A stretch of DNA of 46,457 nucleotides from a virus. Its lineage: Duplodnaviria; Caudoviricetes. Position 1 is the stretch's first letter, and each line of letters begins with the position of its first letter. Below, piece by piece: positions 17,837-26,222 of this stretch. A model generated the notes under the pieces. That model saw only the letters and a list, made by a program, of their open reading frames with translations. It had not been told where the DNA came from and did no database searches. Made by a program: the position numbers and the translations under genes. The stretch lies in the IMG/VR virus record IMGVR_UViG_3300048849_000168, positions 1 to 46,457 of that record; one strand, given 5' to 3'.

Positions 17837-18417
17837 CTATCCTCGGTCGGTCGCGAACTGGCGGCGCATAAAGCTGCGGAACTCGTCGCTTGCGGGTTCC
17901 TTGTCGGCGGAGGGGTTGCTTGCTTCCATCGCCTCTCGGACCTCCAAGTACATGGGCAGCGAGGTGCGCTCCCAATCCAGCCCCAGAGATGCGCAGGAGC
18001 CGAGCGTTACTCCGAGGTTGAAGGGCTCAGGCGTTCGCCTTCCTCCTCGCCCTTTTTTTTTAACTGAACGCCCCGGATCGCTGCATCTAGGATGGCCCAC
18101 GCGACTGGCAGGGTTTCCGACAGCGGGCGACCGTCGACGTATTCCTCTACCAGGTGCTTCGCGTCGATCGGGGAGATGCCACCACCGATAGCGGCGCACC
18201 GGATGACCTCGTAGACGTCCTTGATGCGACCGCTGCCGCCGCCAATGAACACCGTGCGCTCGGTCTCGCGCTCGATGCCCAACGCGTGGCCCATCTCGTC
18301 GTGCATCGCGAGAATGGACTTGTTGCCGCATTCGCGCTCGATCTCCACGATCCGCGGCATCGGCAGCCAGAAGTCATAGCGCCCGGGCCCGAACTCGAGC
18401 GTTAGGCGGGTCTGCAT
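17837..18417 (-). CDS. Tail assembly chaperone G (18007-18417, GTA-gp10-like) with -1 frameshift extension GT ending at 17837
   Basis: Between tail tube and TMP; slippery TTA AAA AAA AAG at 18052-18063; the -1 frame stays open to 17837. Confidence 0.8.
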
Positions 18418-18893
18418 CAGACGCCGCCACCACCACCCGGCGCGGCCGGGGCGCCGGCAGTCCAGGAAAGACCGTCTTCGCCAGCGATCGTGATCTCGGC
18501 AGTGCCTTCTTCACCAAGGCTCTGGTTGCTCGCGGTCATGACGCCGCGACCGTCACGATAGCCGACCGTCGTGCCGGTGCGCTCGCCGTCGCTCAGTGCG
18601 TCGTTGTACTGGCCATAGAGCAGGCGGAAGTCGGAGTGTGCTCCCAGCGTGTTCTCGTACAGCTCGATCTGGTCGATGTTGATGATCCCGGAGCCGGTCA
18701 CATCCCACTGCTTGCTGTTCACGCGCACCTTACGGCCGGGGATCGCGGCAGGCTTCTCACAGTCCCGACGGAACCGGTCGGTGGTGTTGACCGTGGCGTT
18801 CACCGTGGCGGACTCGATGCCGCAGAGAGTGATGTAGGTGGAGCCGGCCTTCACCTGCACCACGATGTAGTCGGGTTCGTTGGGAACAGACAT
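18417..18893 (-). CDS. Major tail (tube) protein
   Basis: TLCGIES...DCEKPA...KQWDVTGSG; typical alphaproteobacterial siphovirus tube protein position. Confidence 0.8.
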   Translation of the reverse strand: MSVPNEPDYIVVQVKAGSTYITLCGIESATVNATVNTTDRFRRDCEKPAAIPGRKVRVNSKQWDVTGSGIINIDQIELYENTLGAHSDFRLLYGQYNDALSDGERTGTTVGYRDGRGVMTASNQSLGEEGTAEITIAGEDGLSWTAGAPAAPGGGGGV

Positions 18894-18920
18894 TGGGCAG
18901 GTCTCCGCAATTTTGCGGTG

Positions 18921-18958
18921 ACCCTATGTGGCGGCCCTACTGGTCGTTACCGCCGTCA
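18921..18958 (-). promoter_or_regulatory. Late-promoter motif copy (tail tube)
   Basis: TGACGGCGGTAAC (18958-18946), 19 nt, TAGGGT. Confidence 0.7.
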
Positions 18959-19263
18959 GCCTCGCGGGCGCGACGCTCAAGAATGGCGGTCCGCTCGCGC
19001 ATCTGCCGCCGTTCGTACTGCGCGCGATATTCCACCTGGGGATCGATCGCGGGAGGGGGGTTAACATGCATCAGCGCGACGCGGAGGCGATGCGCGACCA
19101 GGCGGAACGCCTCACCTCGGCGTTGATCCTGCTGCCGGCCGGCGCGGAGGTCATATTCATCGGCCAGTTGCGAGACATCATCATCAGTTACGACGCCCGC
19201 GCGCAGCATCAGAACGATGCTCGCTTCGGCCATCTCGCCTGTGATGATGGCCTCCAGGTCCAC
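18937..19263 (-). CDS. Hypothetical protein inserted in the tail operon
   Basis: 108-aa ORF; TATAGT 6 nt before the GTG start suggests its own leaderless transcript. Confidence 0.55.
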   Translation of the reverse strand: MDLEAIITGEMAEASIVLMLRAGVVTDDDVSQLADEYDLRAGRQQDQRRGEAFRLVAHRLRVALMHVNPPPAIDPQVEYRAQYERRQMRERTAILERRAREADGGNDQ

Positions 19264-19287
19264 GCGGCAACTATACCGCGCCCGACG

Positions 19288-19731
19288 TCAGGCTGCTAGC
19301 ACTCTCGCTTCGACTGACAGGACAGCATGATAGGCGGTGGCCTCATCCCGATCCTGCAGGATGCGAACCGACTGGATCCGGAGGCGGGCGGCTGCCCCGC
19401 CCTCGATCGGCAGCCGCCGGTTATGCAGCGCGAGCTTCAGTGCAGTCGCCATCCGGGACGCCTGGTCTTCAGCCGTGTCGAGCACCGCCTTGCCCCGCAT
19501 CTTCGGCTTGGTGAAGGCGTGCAGGAGGAAGGTGACCGTCGCGCCGGCTACGCAGGACAGATCGATCGCGGTCGAACTGAAGCCGTCCATGCGCGTGAAC
19601 GGCCAAACCGGCTCGGCCGGGGTGGTTGACGGGAACATGTTTGCCGCGGGAATGAGCGCCTTCACGTCGGCGTCCGCCTTCTGGTGGGCGAGTACGGCGC
19701 GGCGCACGTCGCGGATCAGGTCGCCTGCCAT
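19288..19731 (-). CDS. Tail terminator / completion protein (DUF3168-like)
   Basis: PVWPF and AYHAVLSVEA; position before the tail tube. Confidence 0.75.
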   Translation of the reverse strand: MAGDLIRDVRRAVLAHQKADADVKALIPAANMFPSTTPAEPVWPFTRMDGFSSTAIDLSCVAGATVTFLLHAFTKPKMRGKAVLDTAEDQASRMATALKLALHNRRLPIEGGAAARLRIQSVRILQDRDEATAYHAVLSVEARVLAA

Positions 19732-20138
19732 CAGCCCCTCCGACCCAGGCGCTGGATCGCTTGCTCAATGAGCCTGACGACGTTCGGCCGTTCCTCATCG
19801 CGCGCGGGGGCCATGAACGGACGCGCGGCCATGCGGGACGTGCCGAACTCGAGCGGCGAGCTGTACGGCGCGTTGCTCGACACCTCGACCAGGGTTGGCT
19901 CCTTCAGCACGGTCTCGATGTTGCCTGCCAGCACGCCGGTGTCTTGGTTCGGCGGGTTCGGCGCGCTTGACGGGACGTGTCCTTTGCCGCTCACGGAGCC
20001 GGCAGAGATGCTGATCTGGGCTGCGACCTGGATGCGCTCGCCGGCCGCGTAGAGGGCCTTGCCGATCTCACGATCAAAACCTGCGCCGGATAGCCGCCGC
20101 AGTCTCGCCAAATGCTCCCTGCCTCCCCGCATCGCCAT
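19731..20138 (-). CDS. HK97 gp10-family tail component
   Basis: PSSAPNPPNQDTGVL and YSSPLEFGTSRMAARPFMAPA; start MAMRG at 20138. Confidence 0.85.
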   Translation of the reverse strand: MAMRGGREHLARLRRLSGAGFDREIGKALYAAGERIQVAAQISISAGSVSGKGHVPSSAPNPPNQDTGVLAGNIETVLKEPTLVEVSSNAPYSSPLEFGTSRMAARPFMAPARDEERPNVVRLIEQAIQRLGRRG

Positions 20139-20521
20139 CAGAGCCGCCGCCCCCGACATTCCCGATAGCAACCAAGCGGATCCCGCCCGACGCTCTGGAT
20201 GCTCCACGAACCGACGTGATCCGCCGGCGCGTTCGGCCCCGGCAGAACCTCCACCACCGCGTCGGTGTTGAGGTCGCCGGCCAGACCGATCACCAGCAGC
20301 CGCACATCGCGCTCGGTGAAGCCCGCTTCGGCGCGCATCGCCTCCGTCACCGCGTCGACCTGCACCATGCAGTCGCGCTCGACCTCGACGCCGGGGTCCG
20401 CGATCGAACCGCCATCGTCGTAGGTCGTCTCGCTGACGGTGTGGACCTTGCCCGCGAAGAAGGGGCCGCCATACGTGGCAGAGACCGCCATCGCGATCGA
20501 GGCGAAGGCATCCGCTAACAT
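20138..20521 (-). CDS. Head closure / head-tail joining protein
   Basis: beta-rich ~127 aa between DUF4054 and gp10; ends WSIQSVGRDP...CRGRR. Confidence 0.65.
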   Translation of the reverse strand: MLADAFASIAMAVSATYGGPFFAGKVHTVSETTYDDGGSIADPGVEVERDCMVQVDAVTEAMRAEAGFTERDVRLLVIGLAGDLNTDAVVEVLPGPNAPADHVGSWSIQSVGRDPLGCYRECRGRRL

Positions 20522-20958
20522 GGGAAGCACACCGGGCCGACGAGGCGCGGGCCGCCGACATGGCGCCGCTGATAGCGCAGGAACTCGCGCCCGTAGAGCG
20601 TGGCCCTGAAGCCTCCGGAAACAGCCTGTGCGACAGCGGCGTCCGAGAAGTTCAGCGAGACCGCCGCAGATTTGAAGCTGGTGAGGCCGGCAGGAAGCGT
20701 GACACCCGCGGCCGACGGCAACACGCCAGGGGTCACCGTCATGTTGTGCGCGGCGAGGGCGAGCGTCGCCGGCTCCTGGTCATCGCCCCAGCTAGCATCC
20801 ACCTCGCGCGCGGCGTCGGTGAGCCAGTACTGGACCTTAGCGTCAGGAACCGCAGCAAATGCCGGATACCGCATCCGGAACGCGGCCAGCATGCCCGAGA
20901 CCGGCTCCGGCGCGACATCGCCGCCCGGAAGCACCGTGGAGACCATCAGGGCAAGCAT
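20515..20958 (-). CDS. Head-tail adaptor (DUF4054-like)
   Basis: FRMRYPAFAAVPD, LAAHNM, TLYGREF. Confidence 0.8.
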   Translation of the reverse strand: MLALMVSTVLPGGDVAPEPVSGMLAAFRMRYPAFAAVPDAKVQYWLTDAAREVDASWGDDQEPATLALAAHNMTVTPGVLPSAAGVTLPAGLTSFKSAAVSLNFSDAAVAQAVSGGFRATLYGREFLRYQRRHVGGPRLVGPVCFPC

Positions 20959-20970
20959 GCGCGCGCTCCC

Positions 20971-21486
20971 TTAGACGAGGCCGACGACCGTTGCGGTGGT
21001 GCCGGCTGAGTAGACGTAGCGGGCCCGGACAGGGATGATCTGCCCGACCGCGACCGTCCCGAGCGAGACCGGGGTGTTCGAGGTGCCGCCGATGGAGAGG
21101 GTTCCGGCCGCCGTCACGAGCAGCGCCTTCGGGACCGTGGAGAGTGCCGAGGCGCCCGGGGTGATGGCGAACAGGTCGTCAGCTGGCGCGCTGTTCTGGA
21201 GCGCGGTGATCGCAACGTCCTGCTTCGCACTCGTGGCCGCGCCGGAGGGAAGGGGGAGGCTCGCGGCACTAATGGGCTGGGTAGTCGGATAGTAGGCCGC
21301 GCCCGTGACGCTCTCGGCGATCGTCTTCAGGCGACCAAGAACGCTCCACTCCGACGGTTCATCGGCAACAGCGCCGATCGCGTCCGCGCCGGTCTGATCC
21401 ACAATCAGGTTCTTGGGGAAGTGGACGTTCCCGAGGTCCTTCGTCGCGAAGACCGTGCCGGATGCGGGGGCGGTGATGTTGTCCAT
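20971..21486 (-). CDS. Head-spike base protein (C-terminal RcGTA Rcc01079-like domain)
   Basis: C-terminal ...APADDLFAITP...KALLVTAAGTL...GQIIPVRARYVYSAGTTATVVGLV matches the remembered family pattern. Confidence 0.65.
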   Translation of the reverse strand: MDNITAPASGTVFATKDLGNVHFPKNLIVDQTGADAIGAVADEPSEWSVLGRLKTIAESVTGAAYYPTTQPISAASLPLPSGAATSAKQDVAITALQNSAPADDLFAITPGASALSTVPKALLVTAAGTLSIGGTSNTPVSLGTVAVGQIIPVRARYVYSAGTTATVVGLV

Positions 21487-21600
21487 GTCAGTCCTTGCGA
21501 AAAGGGCCGCAGCAGGCGCAGCCCGGCCGGATGGGCTTTGCCTTGACCTGCGCCAGGCTGAGGGGGGCTGCTACCGCCGTCATGATGGGGGCTCCTTACG

Positions 21601-21633
21601 AAAAGGGCCGCCGCTCCGGAGAGACAGCGGCCC
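21601..21633 (-). terminator. Intrinsic terminator after the capsid operon
   Basis: GGGCCGCUG...CGGCGGCCC stem followed by UUUU on the minus strand. Confidence 0.65.
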
Positions 21634-21655
21634 AGGGTTGCAACGTCGGGAGGCG

Positions 21656-21949
21656 TTACTTCTTCGGCGCGGTCGCCTTCTCGAGGTCGGCGGTGAGCTT
21701 GGTGAGCTGCGCTGCCTGGTCCTCGATCTGCTTCTTCAGCTCGGCGTTCTCAGCCTCCAGCGCCGCCAGTTGGTCGGCGGCGCCGTCGTTCTGGGCATCC
21801 GCCTTGGTGCCGAGTTCAGGGGCGGCGATGACATCATCCGGGTCCAGCTTGACGCTTTGCCCCGGCTCCAGCCACTTCATGTACGGGCCGTTTTCGGAGT
21901 TGACGGTGATGCCGCGCAGGCCGGGGGTGTGGTTGGTGTAGGTCTTCAT
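21656..21949 (-). CDS. Hypothetical head-associated protein with C-terminal coiled coil
   Basis: Directly after the major capsid gene; strong phage codon bias. Confidence 0.7.
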   Translation of the reverse strand: MKTYTNHTPGLRGITVNSENGPYMKWLEPGQSVKLDPDDVIAAPELGTKADAQNDGAADQLAALEAENAELKKQIEDQAAQLTKLTADLEKATAPKK

Positions 21950-21952
21950 CGC

Positions 21953-22951
21953 TTACACTCCGTCCACGAAAGTCTTGGCCTTCGGAATGCGGTTCTCGTA
22001 GCCGCCGATCGCCATGATGCCGGGGACTTCCCAGCTGAACGGGCCCTTCTGCCATGCCGAGAACAACTGGTGCCCGCCGCCCGGGAGGTGGAAGCGGTGG
22101 ACTTCGTTGGTGTTCGCGTAGGCGATGAGCCGCTTGGTGCCGCCGTCGCCGGCCGTCTCGAGATGGCGCGAACGCTTGATGGTGAGGTTCGGCACGACGG
22201 AGTTCTGCCGGATATACTCCAGCACGGACATGCCGGTGTCGGTCATGCGGCGCGAGGCCAGCGAGTTGAAGCTGCTCGTCGGCAGTACGAGCGTATCGGC
22301 GCGGTAGGTCTCGCCCGTGTTGACCTCGACAGAGGTCAGCGCGTCGTTCGCGACGGCCACTGCCTGGTCCGGCGTGCCGGACGTCAGCGAAGTGGCGGCG
22401 GAAACCTTGGTCGCCAGCGGGTCATTCACGAAGCCGGTGCCGAACTTCAGGCCGTCACCGCGCATGGCGACCTTGTGGATGAAGCGCTCGGCAGAGGACG
22501 TCGACGCGTTGGCCTTGTCGGCGATCACGTTGATGCCGAGCTGCTGGCCACGCTCGAGGTCCATGCGGTTGAACTTGTAGCCGATGGCCGCGATCCAGTT
22601 CTCCTGAAGGAACTGAGTGCGGTTGGCGTCGGCATACGGCATGTCGTCCGCGGCCACGTCGAACCACTCCGGCTTACCGGCGATATCACCCGAGTAGTAG
22701 AGCGATCCGGCGGTCCAGATGGAGCCCTGCGTGTCGACGGGCATGAACTCGGCGTAGTCCGCGAGCGGATACTTCACCATGTACACGCCCTGCTCGACGC
22801 GGAGCAGCTGGGGCGCGAGGAAGGCGTTCACCTGCTGAGCATCGCTCAGGTCGACACCCCGAAGGGTAGCGGCGAAGCTGCCGCCCGGTCGTTCCGCGTC
22901 CAGGTGGGCTACAGCCGCCTGAACCGAGTCGAAGAAGATTGGCTTGGTCAT
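21953..22951 (-). CDS. Major capsid protein (DUF2184/encapsulin-like)
   Basis: 332 aa after the decoration protein; ends GYENRIPKAKTFVDGV. Confidence 0.88.
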   Translation of the reverse strand: MTKPIFFDSVQAAVAHLDAERPGGSFAATLRGVDLSDAQQVNAFLAPQLLRVEQGVYMVKYPLADYAEFMPVDTQGSIWTAGSLYYSGDIAGKPEWFDVAADDMPYADANRTQFLQENWIAAIGYKFNRMDLERGQQLGINVIADKANASTSSAERFIHKVAMRGDGLKFGTGFVNDPLATKVSAATSLTSGTPDQAVAVANDALTSVEVNTGETYRADTLVLPTSSFNSLASRRMTDTGMSVLEYIRQNSVVPNLTIKRSRHLETAGDGGTKRLIAYANTNEVHRFHLPGGGHQLFSAWQKGPFSWEVPGIMAIGGYENRIPKAKTFVDGV

Positions 22952-22963
22952 GCTTGCCCCCTG

Positions 22964-23413
22964 TTAGCGGCGGACGATGCGGACGACGCCCGCAGCCGTG
23001 ATGGTGTCATCGAAGACCCAGCCCGCAGCGGCGGTGTTGCTGGTCGTGACGTTGGTGATTGCACCAGCGCTGGTGACGTAGACCGGGTCGTCCTTGGCGG
23101 CTGCCGTGGTCGACTGGACCCAGATCTTGCCGCGGCTCTTGACCGGCAGCACGTCACCCGGGGCGTAGACATCGGCTGCGCGCGCGCTGGTCACGACGTT
23201 GCCCTTGTGTGCCACCACGAAGCCCCGGAGGGTCGCGGAGACGGTCAGGGACACACCGCGGTCGGCAGTGCCCTTGTAGACGGGACGTCCGAACGCGCAG
23301 GCGGTGGAACCCTCAAGGACAAAGCTCTCGATGCTGCCCGGGAGGCCGTCAGCCTCCATGCCTGGGAAGCCACCCGGGATGTCCTCAGCGAAATTGCTCT
23401 GAATTACGGCCAT
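22964..23413 (-). CDS. Capsid decoration/cement protein
   Basis: GFPGMEAD...FGRPV...GKIWV; between DUF2213 and the MCP. Confidence 0.75.
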   Translation of the reverse strand: MAVIQSNFAEDIPGGFPGMEADGLPGSIESFVLEGSTACAFGRPVYKGTADRGVSLTVSATLRGFVVAHKGNVVTSARAADVYAPGDVLPVKSRGKIWVQSTTAAAKDDPVYVTSAGAITNVTTSNTAAAGWVFDDTITAAGVVRIVRR

Positions 23414-23425
23414 GATCTGTCCTCC

Positions 23426-24556
23426 TCAGGCGGTCGGGCCGCGGTGGGCGTTCTGCTTGCTGGCGAGCCACGCGGAGCGAGCCGTCGCGACGGCAGCGCC
23501 GCTGTCGGCGACGATCTGCGGCGCGTGGATCGGCTGAACGGTGCCGGCCTCCGGCTTCACATCGACGGTCAGTACGTCGAATGCGGTCGCGTACTGGTCG
23601 GCGGTGTAGCTGGCAGCCTTGGCGCCGAGCTTGGCATCGACCACGGCCTTCATGATCGCGGTCTCGTCCATCGCGTCGGTGACGGTCACGCCCGCCGCCT
23701 TCGCCTTGTCGACCACCAGCGCGAACGCCTTGGCTGCATCGCGCAGCTGGGCCGGCGTCGGCTTGGCATCTTCCAGCGCCTTCCTGTCGGCGGTGAGCTT
23801 GGCGATCTCCGCGTCCTTGGTGGCGACGTCCTTTTCGAGGGCCGTCACCTTGCCGGTGGCGGTGTCACGCGCGGTGATGAGGGTCTGAACGGTGGCGATC
23901 GCCGTATCAGCGTTCGCCATGTCGACGGTGAGCCCGTCGATTACCATGGTCTTCACGGGCTTCTCCTGGTCGTTGATCTTGGGGAGCAGGTTGGAGGGAA
24001 GGGCGTCACAGATCGCGGCGTCACCGATGCGGCAGGACGGGCCTGCGCGGCCTCGGTCCACGATCGCGACATGGTTGCCGGTGATGGATGCTTGCCGGGC
24101 CTGACACTTGGTGCCGTCGGCAGCTGCGAAGTCGCCGAACTCCAGCGCGGCGCTGTAGCCGTTGGACAGCTCAGCCTTGCCCGCCTCGACCTTCGCGATC
24201 GTGCCGGCGTCCATGAGGATCAGATCGAAGGCGAGGTGGTCGCCGTCGCGGATAGCGCCCATGACAACGCCGCGGCCATGATCTCGCCAGTTGGAGGCGG
24301 TGACAGCCTCGCGCGGGTGGTCGTCGGTGATGGGCTTGCCGATGAAGCTATGCACCGCGCGCTTATCGAAGACGGCGTCTTCGTCACGGAGGACGTTGAC
24401 GCTCGGCTGATCGCGGAGGCCGTGCTTGTTCTCCGGGTCAACCTCGGCACCGGTGTACTGGTAGACACCTGTGCGGGCGGACTTGGCGCGGACAGCGAGG
24501 TATCCGTCAGCCGTACGGCGCGGGGCGTCCAGGGTGAGGCGGTCTGCCAGCAGCAT
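23426..24556 (-). CDS. DUF2213 prohead protease/scaffold
   Basis: ARTGVYQY, PITDDHP, ELSNGY, NHVAIVDRGRAG. Confidence 0.88.
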   Translation of the reverse strand: MLLADRLTLDAPRRTADGYLAVRAKSARTGVYQYTGAEVDPENKHGLRDQPSVNVLRDEDAVFDKRAVHSFIGKPITDDHPREAVTASNWRDHGRGVVMGAIRDGDHLAFDLILMDAGTIAKVEAGKAELSNGYSAALEFGDFAAADGTKCQARQASITGNHVAIVDRGRAGPSCRIGDAAICDALPSNLLPKINDQEKPVKTMVIDGLTVDMANADTAIATVQTLITARDTATGKVTALEKDVATKDAEIAKLTADRKALEDAKPTPAQLRDAAKAFALVVDKAKAAGVTVTDAMDETAIMKAVVDAKLGAKAASYTADQYATAFDVLTVDVKPEAGTVQPIHAPQIVADSGAAVATARSAWLASKQNAHRGPTA

Positions 24557-24562
24557 TGCGCC

Positions 24563-24600
24563 GGGATATGCGCCGCTTGACTACGCGGTTACCGCCGTCA
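24563..24600 (-). promoter_or_regulatory. Late-promoter motif copy (capsid operon), overlapping a divergent promoter
   Basis: TGACGGCGGTAAC (24600-24588), 19 nt, TATCCC, ATG 6 nt later. Confidence 0.72.
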
Positions 24601-24610
24601 GGATGCGGGG

Positions 24611-25378
24611 ATGGAGTTCTCCAGAACGTTGAAGCGCCTGTACAAGTACCGCTCATTGGCGGGACCGTATGACCGTCCAACGGCTGAAGACATCATTCTT
24701 CATAATCGGATGTTTTGGCAGAGCCCGGTCGCCTTTAACGACCCTTTTGACTGTGCCCCTCCGGTAGGCTTTCTCGGCGGGCGGTCTGCTCTCAAGCGGT
24801 GGGCGTCATCGGCCGCCAAAAACGTCCTCCCGCATCGGTCGCGGCGCGAACGCAAAGCCGCGGCCGCGCAGGCGACACGAAGGTCATTGCGAGCAATAGA
24901 AGATGATCTACGGGCGAGTTTCGATCGTTCTATGAGGCAGAGCGCTATCACCTGCTTCGCGGAAGCCGGTGATGTCGCCCTCATGTGGGCACATTACGCC
25001 AACTCCCATAGCGGCGTTTGCTTCGTTTTCCAGGAACGCCTCGAGCCAAACCGGTTCTTGGCATATGATGTGTTCTATTCTCCCGAGAGGCCAAAGGTGG
25101 ACCTCGCGAACCTGCGCGATATCGAGACTTTCAAGAAGACCATCCTCGTGAAGGACGAATCCTGGTCTTACGAGCGCGAGCATCGGATGTTCGATTACCG
25201 GAGTGGGGCGGGAGTCAGACCGTTCCCGCCAGAATGCCTCCTTGGAGTAATCCTCGGAGCTCGCATGTCTGGAGACGATGAGGCCTACATCCTAGATCTT
25301 GTCGCCCGGCGTAGCATCCCCCTGAAGGTCTCAAGGGCATCATTGCACCCTACGCAGTTCAGCCTCGTAATCAGCTGA
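24611..25378 (+). CDS. DUF2971-family protein (moron)
   Basis: LYKYR, FNDPFDC, LMWAHYANSHSGVC, K..SWSYEREHR, VILGARM; lower GC, antisense. Confidence 0.85.
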   Translation: MEFSRTLKRLYKYRSLAGPYDRPTAEDIILHNRMFWQSPVAFNDPFDCAPPVGFLGGRSALKRWASSAAKNVLPHRSRRERKAAAAQATRRSLRAIEDDLRASFDRSMRQSAITCFAEAGDVALMWAHYANSHSGVCFVFQERLEPNRFLAYDVFYSPERPKVDLANLRDIETFKKTILVKDESWSYEREHRMFDYRSGAGVRPFPPECLLGVILGARMSGDDEAYILDLVARRSIPLKVSRASLHPTQFSLVIS

Positions 25379-26219
25379 ACACCAGCACCGACCGGCTCCG
25401 ACACCCGCAATACGGCGGCCGGCTAGGTAGATCATCGGCGGACGGCGGCGCCTCAACGGTTTTGCCGTCCACCTCTCGGCCGATCATGGCCTTGTCCTCG
25501 CTGAAGTAGCGGCCGTTGCGCTGGACGTGCCAGCTGCGCGGATGGCGCTTCCCTGAGTGCAGCCACTCCCACGTCGACAGCCCAGCCTCCCGACGCCGCT
25601 CGTCCGCCAGGGCGCCGGTGAGCTTGCTGAGCTGGTCCGCGGCAATCCGCTGGCTGCGATCGCGCGCCATGCCGGTAGCCTCGCGGATCTCCTTCGCCAC
25701 CTCACGCGCCGGCGTCCGGTTTTGCAGCCCGGCGAACACCGAGTTGCTGATCCGCTGGCGGGTCTGCGCCGACACGTCCCGCACAAGCTCGGTGTTCCAG
25801 CGGAGGTAACTGTCCAGCGTCTCGCGCACGTCCTCCGGGCCGATGACGGTCTGAAGGTCTACGCCGGTGGCCGAAAGGACCGCCCCGCGCCACTTCCCGC
25901 GGTGCCAGGTCTCAACCCGCAGCGTCCAGTCACGCAACGCCGCGTCGAGCACGATGAACAGCCGCTCGAGGTCGTTCCCGGCAGCGTCTAGCAGCGCCTG
26001 GATGTCGATCGGGGCGTCGGTGGTGATGGCGGACAGGCTGCGCTCGTATTCGGCAGCGATCCGCTCAGCGTAGCGGTTCCAGAGCGCCACCACCGGCTTG
26101 TACGCGGCGAGGTAGAGGTTGCTCGCAAGCACCGACGGCGGGGCAATGTCGCGGATCGCGATCGACTTCCGGCGCGGGTTTTTGGCGCGGCGTGCGAGGG
26201 CGGTTAGGTCGAAGGGCAC
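25371..26219 (-). CDS. Head morphogenesis protein (SPP1 gp7/Mu F-like)
   Basis: RIAADQ..K, WEWLHSG..HPR..H, PPYCGCR. Confidence 0.85.
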   Translation of the reverse strand: MPFDLTALARRAKNPRRKSIAIRDIAPPSVLASNLYLAAYKPVVALWNRYAERIAAEYERSLSAITTDAPIDIQALLDAAGNDLERLFIVLDAALRDWTLRVETWHRGKWRGAVLSATGVDLQTVIGPEDVRETLDSYLRWNTELVRDVSAQTRQRISNSVFAGLQNRTPAREVAKEIREATGMARDRSQRIAADQLSKLTGALADERRREAGLSTWEWLHSGKRHPRSWHVQRNGRYFSEDKAMIGREVDGKTVEAPPSADDLPSRPPYCGCRSRSVLVFS

Positions 26220-26222
26220 GGA

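Noticed and set aside
21413-24580. 1055-aa + strand ORF
   Set aside because: Antisense shadow of the strongly codon-biased capsid operon; no recognisable motifs
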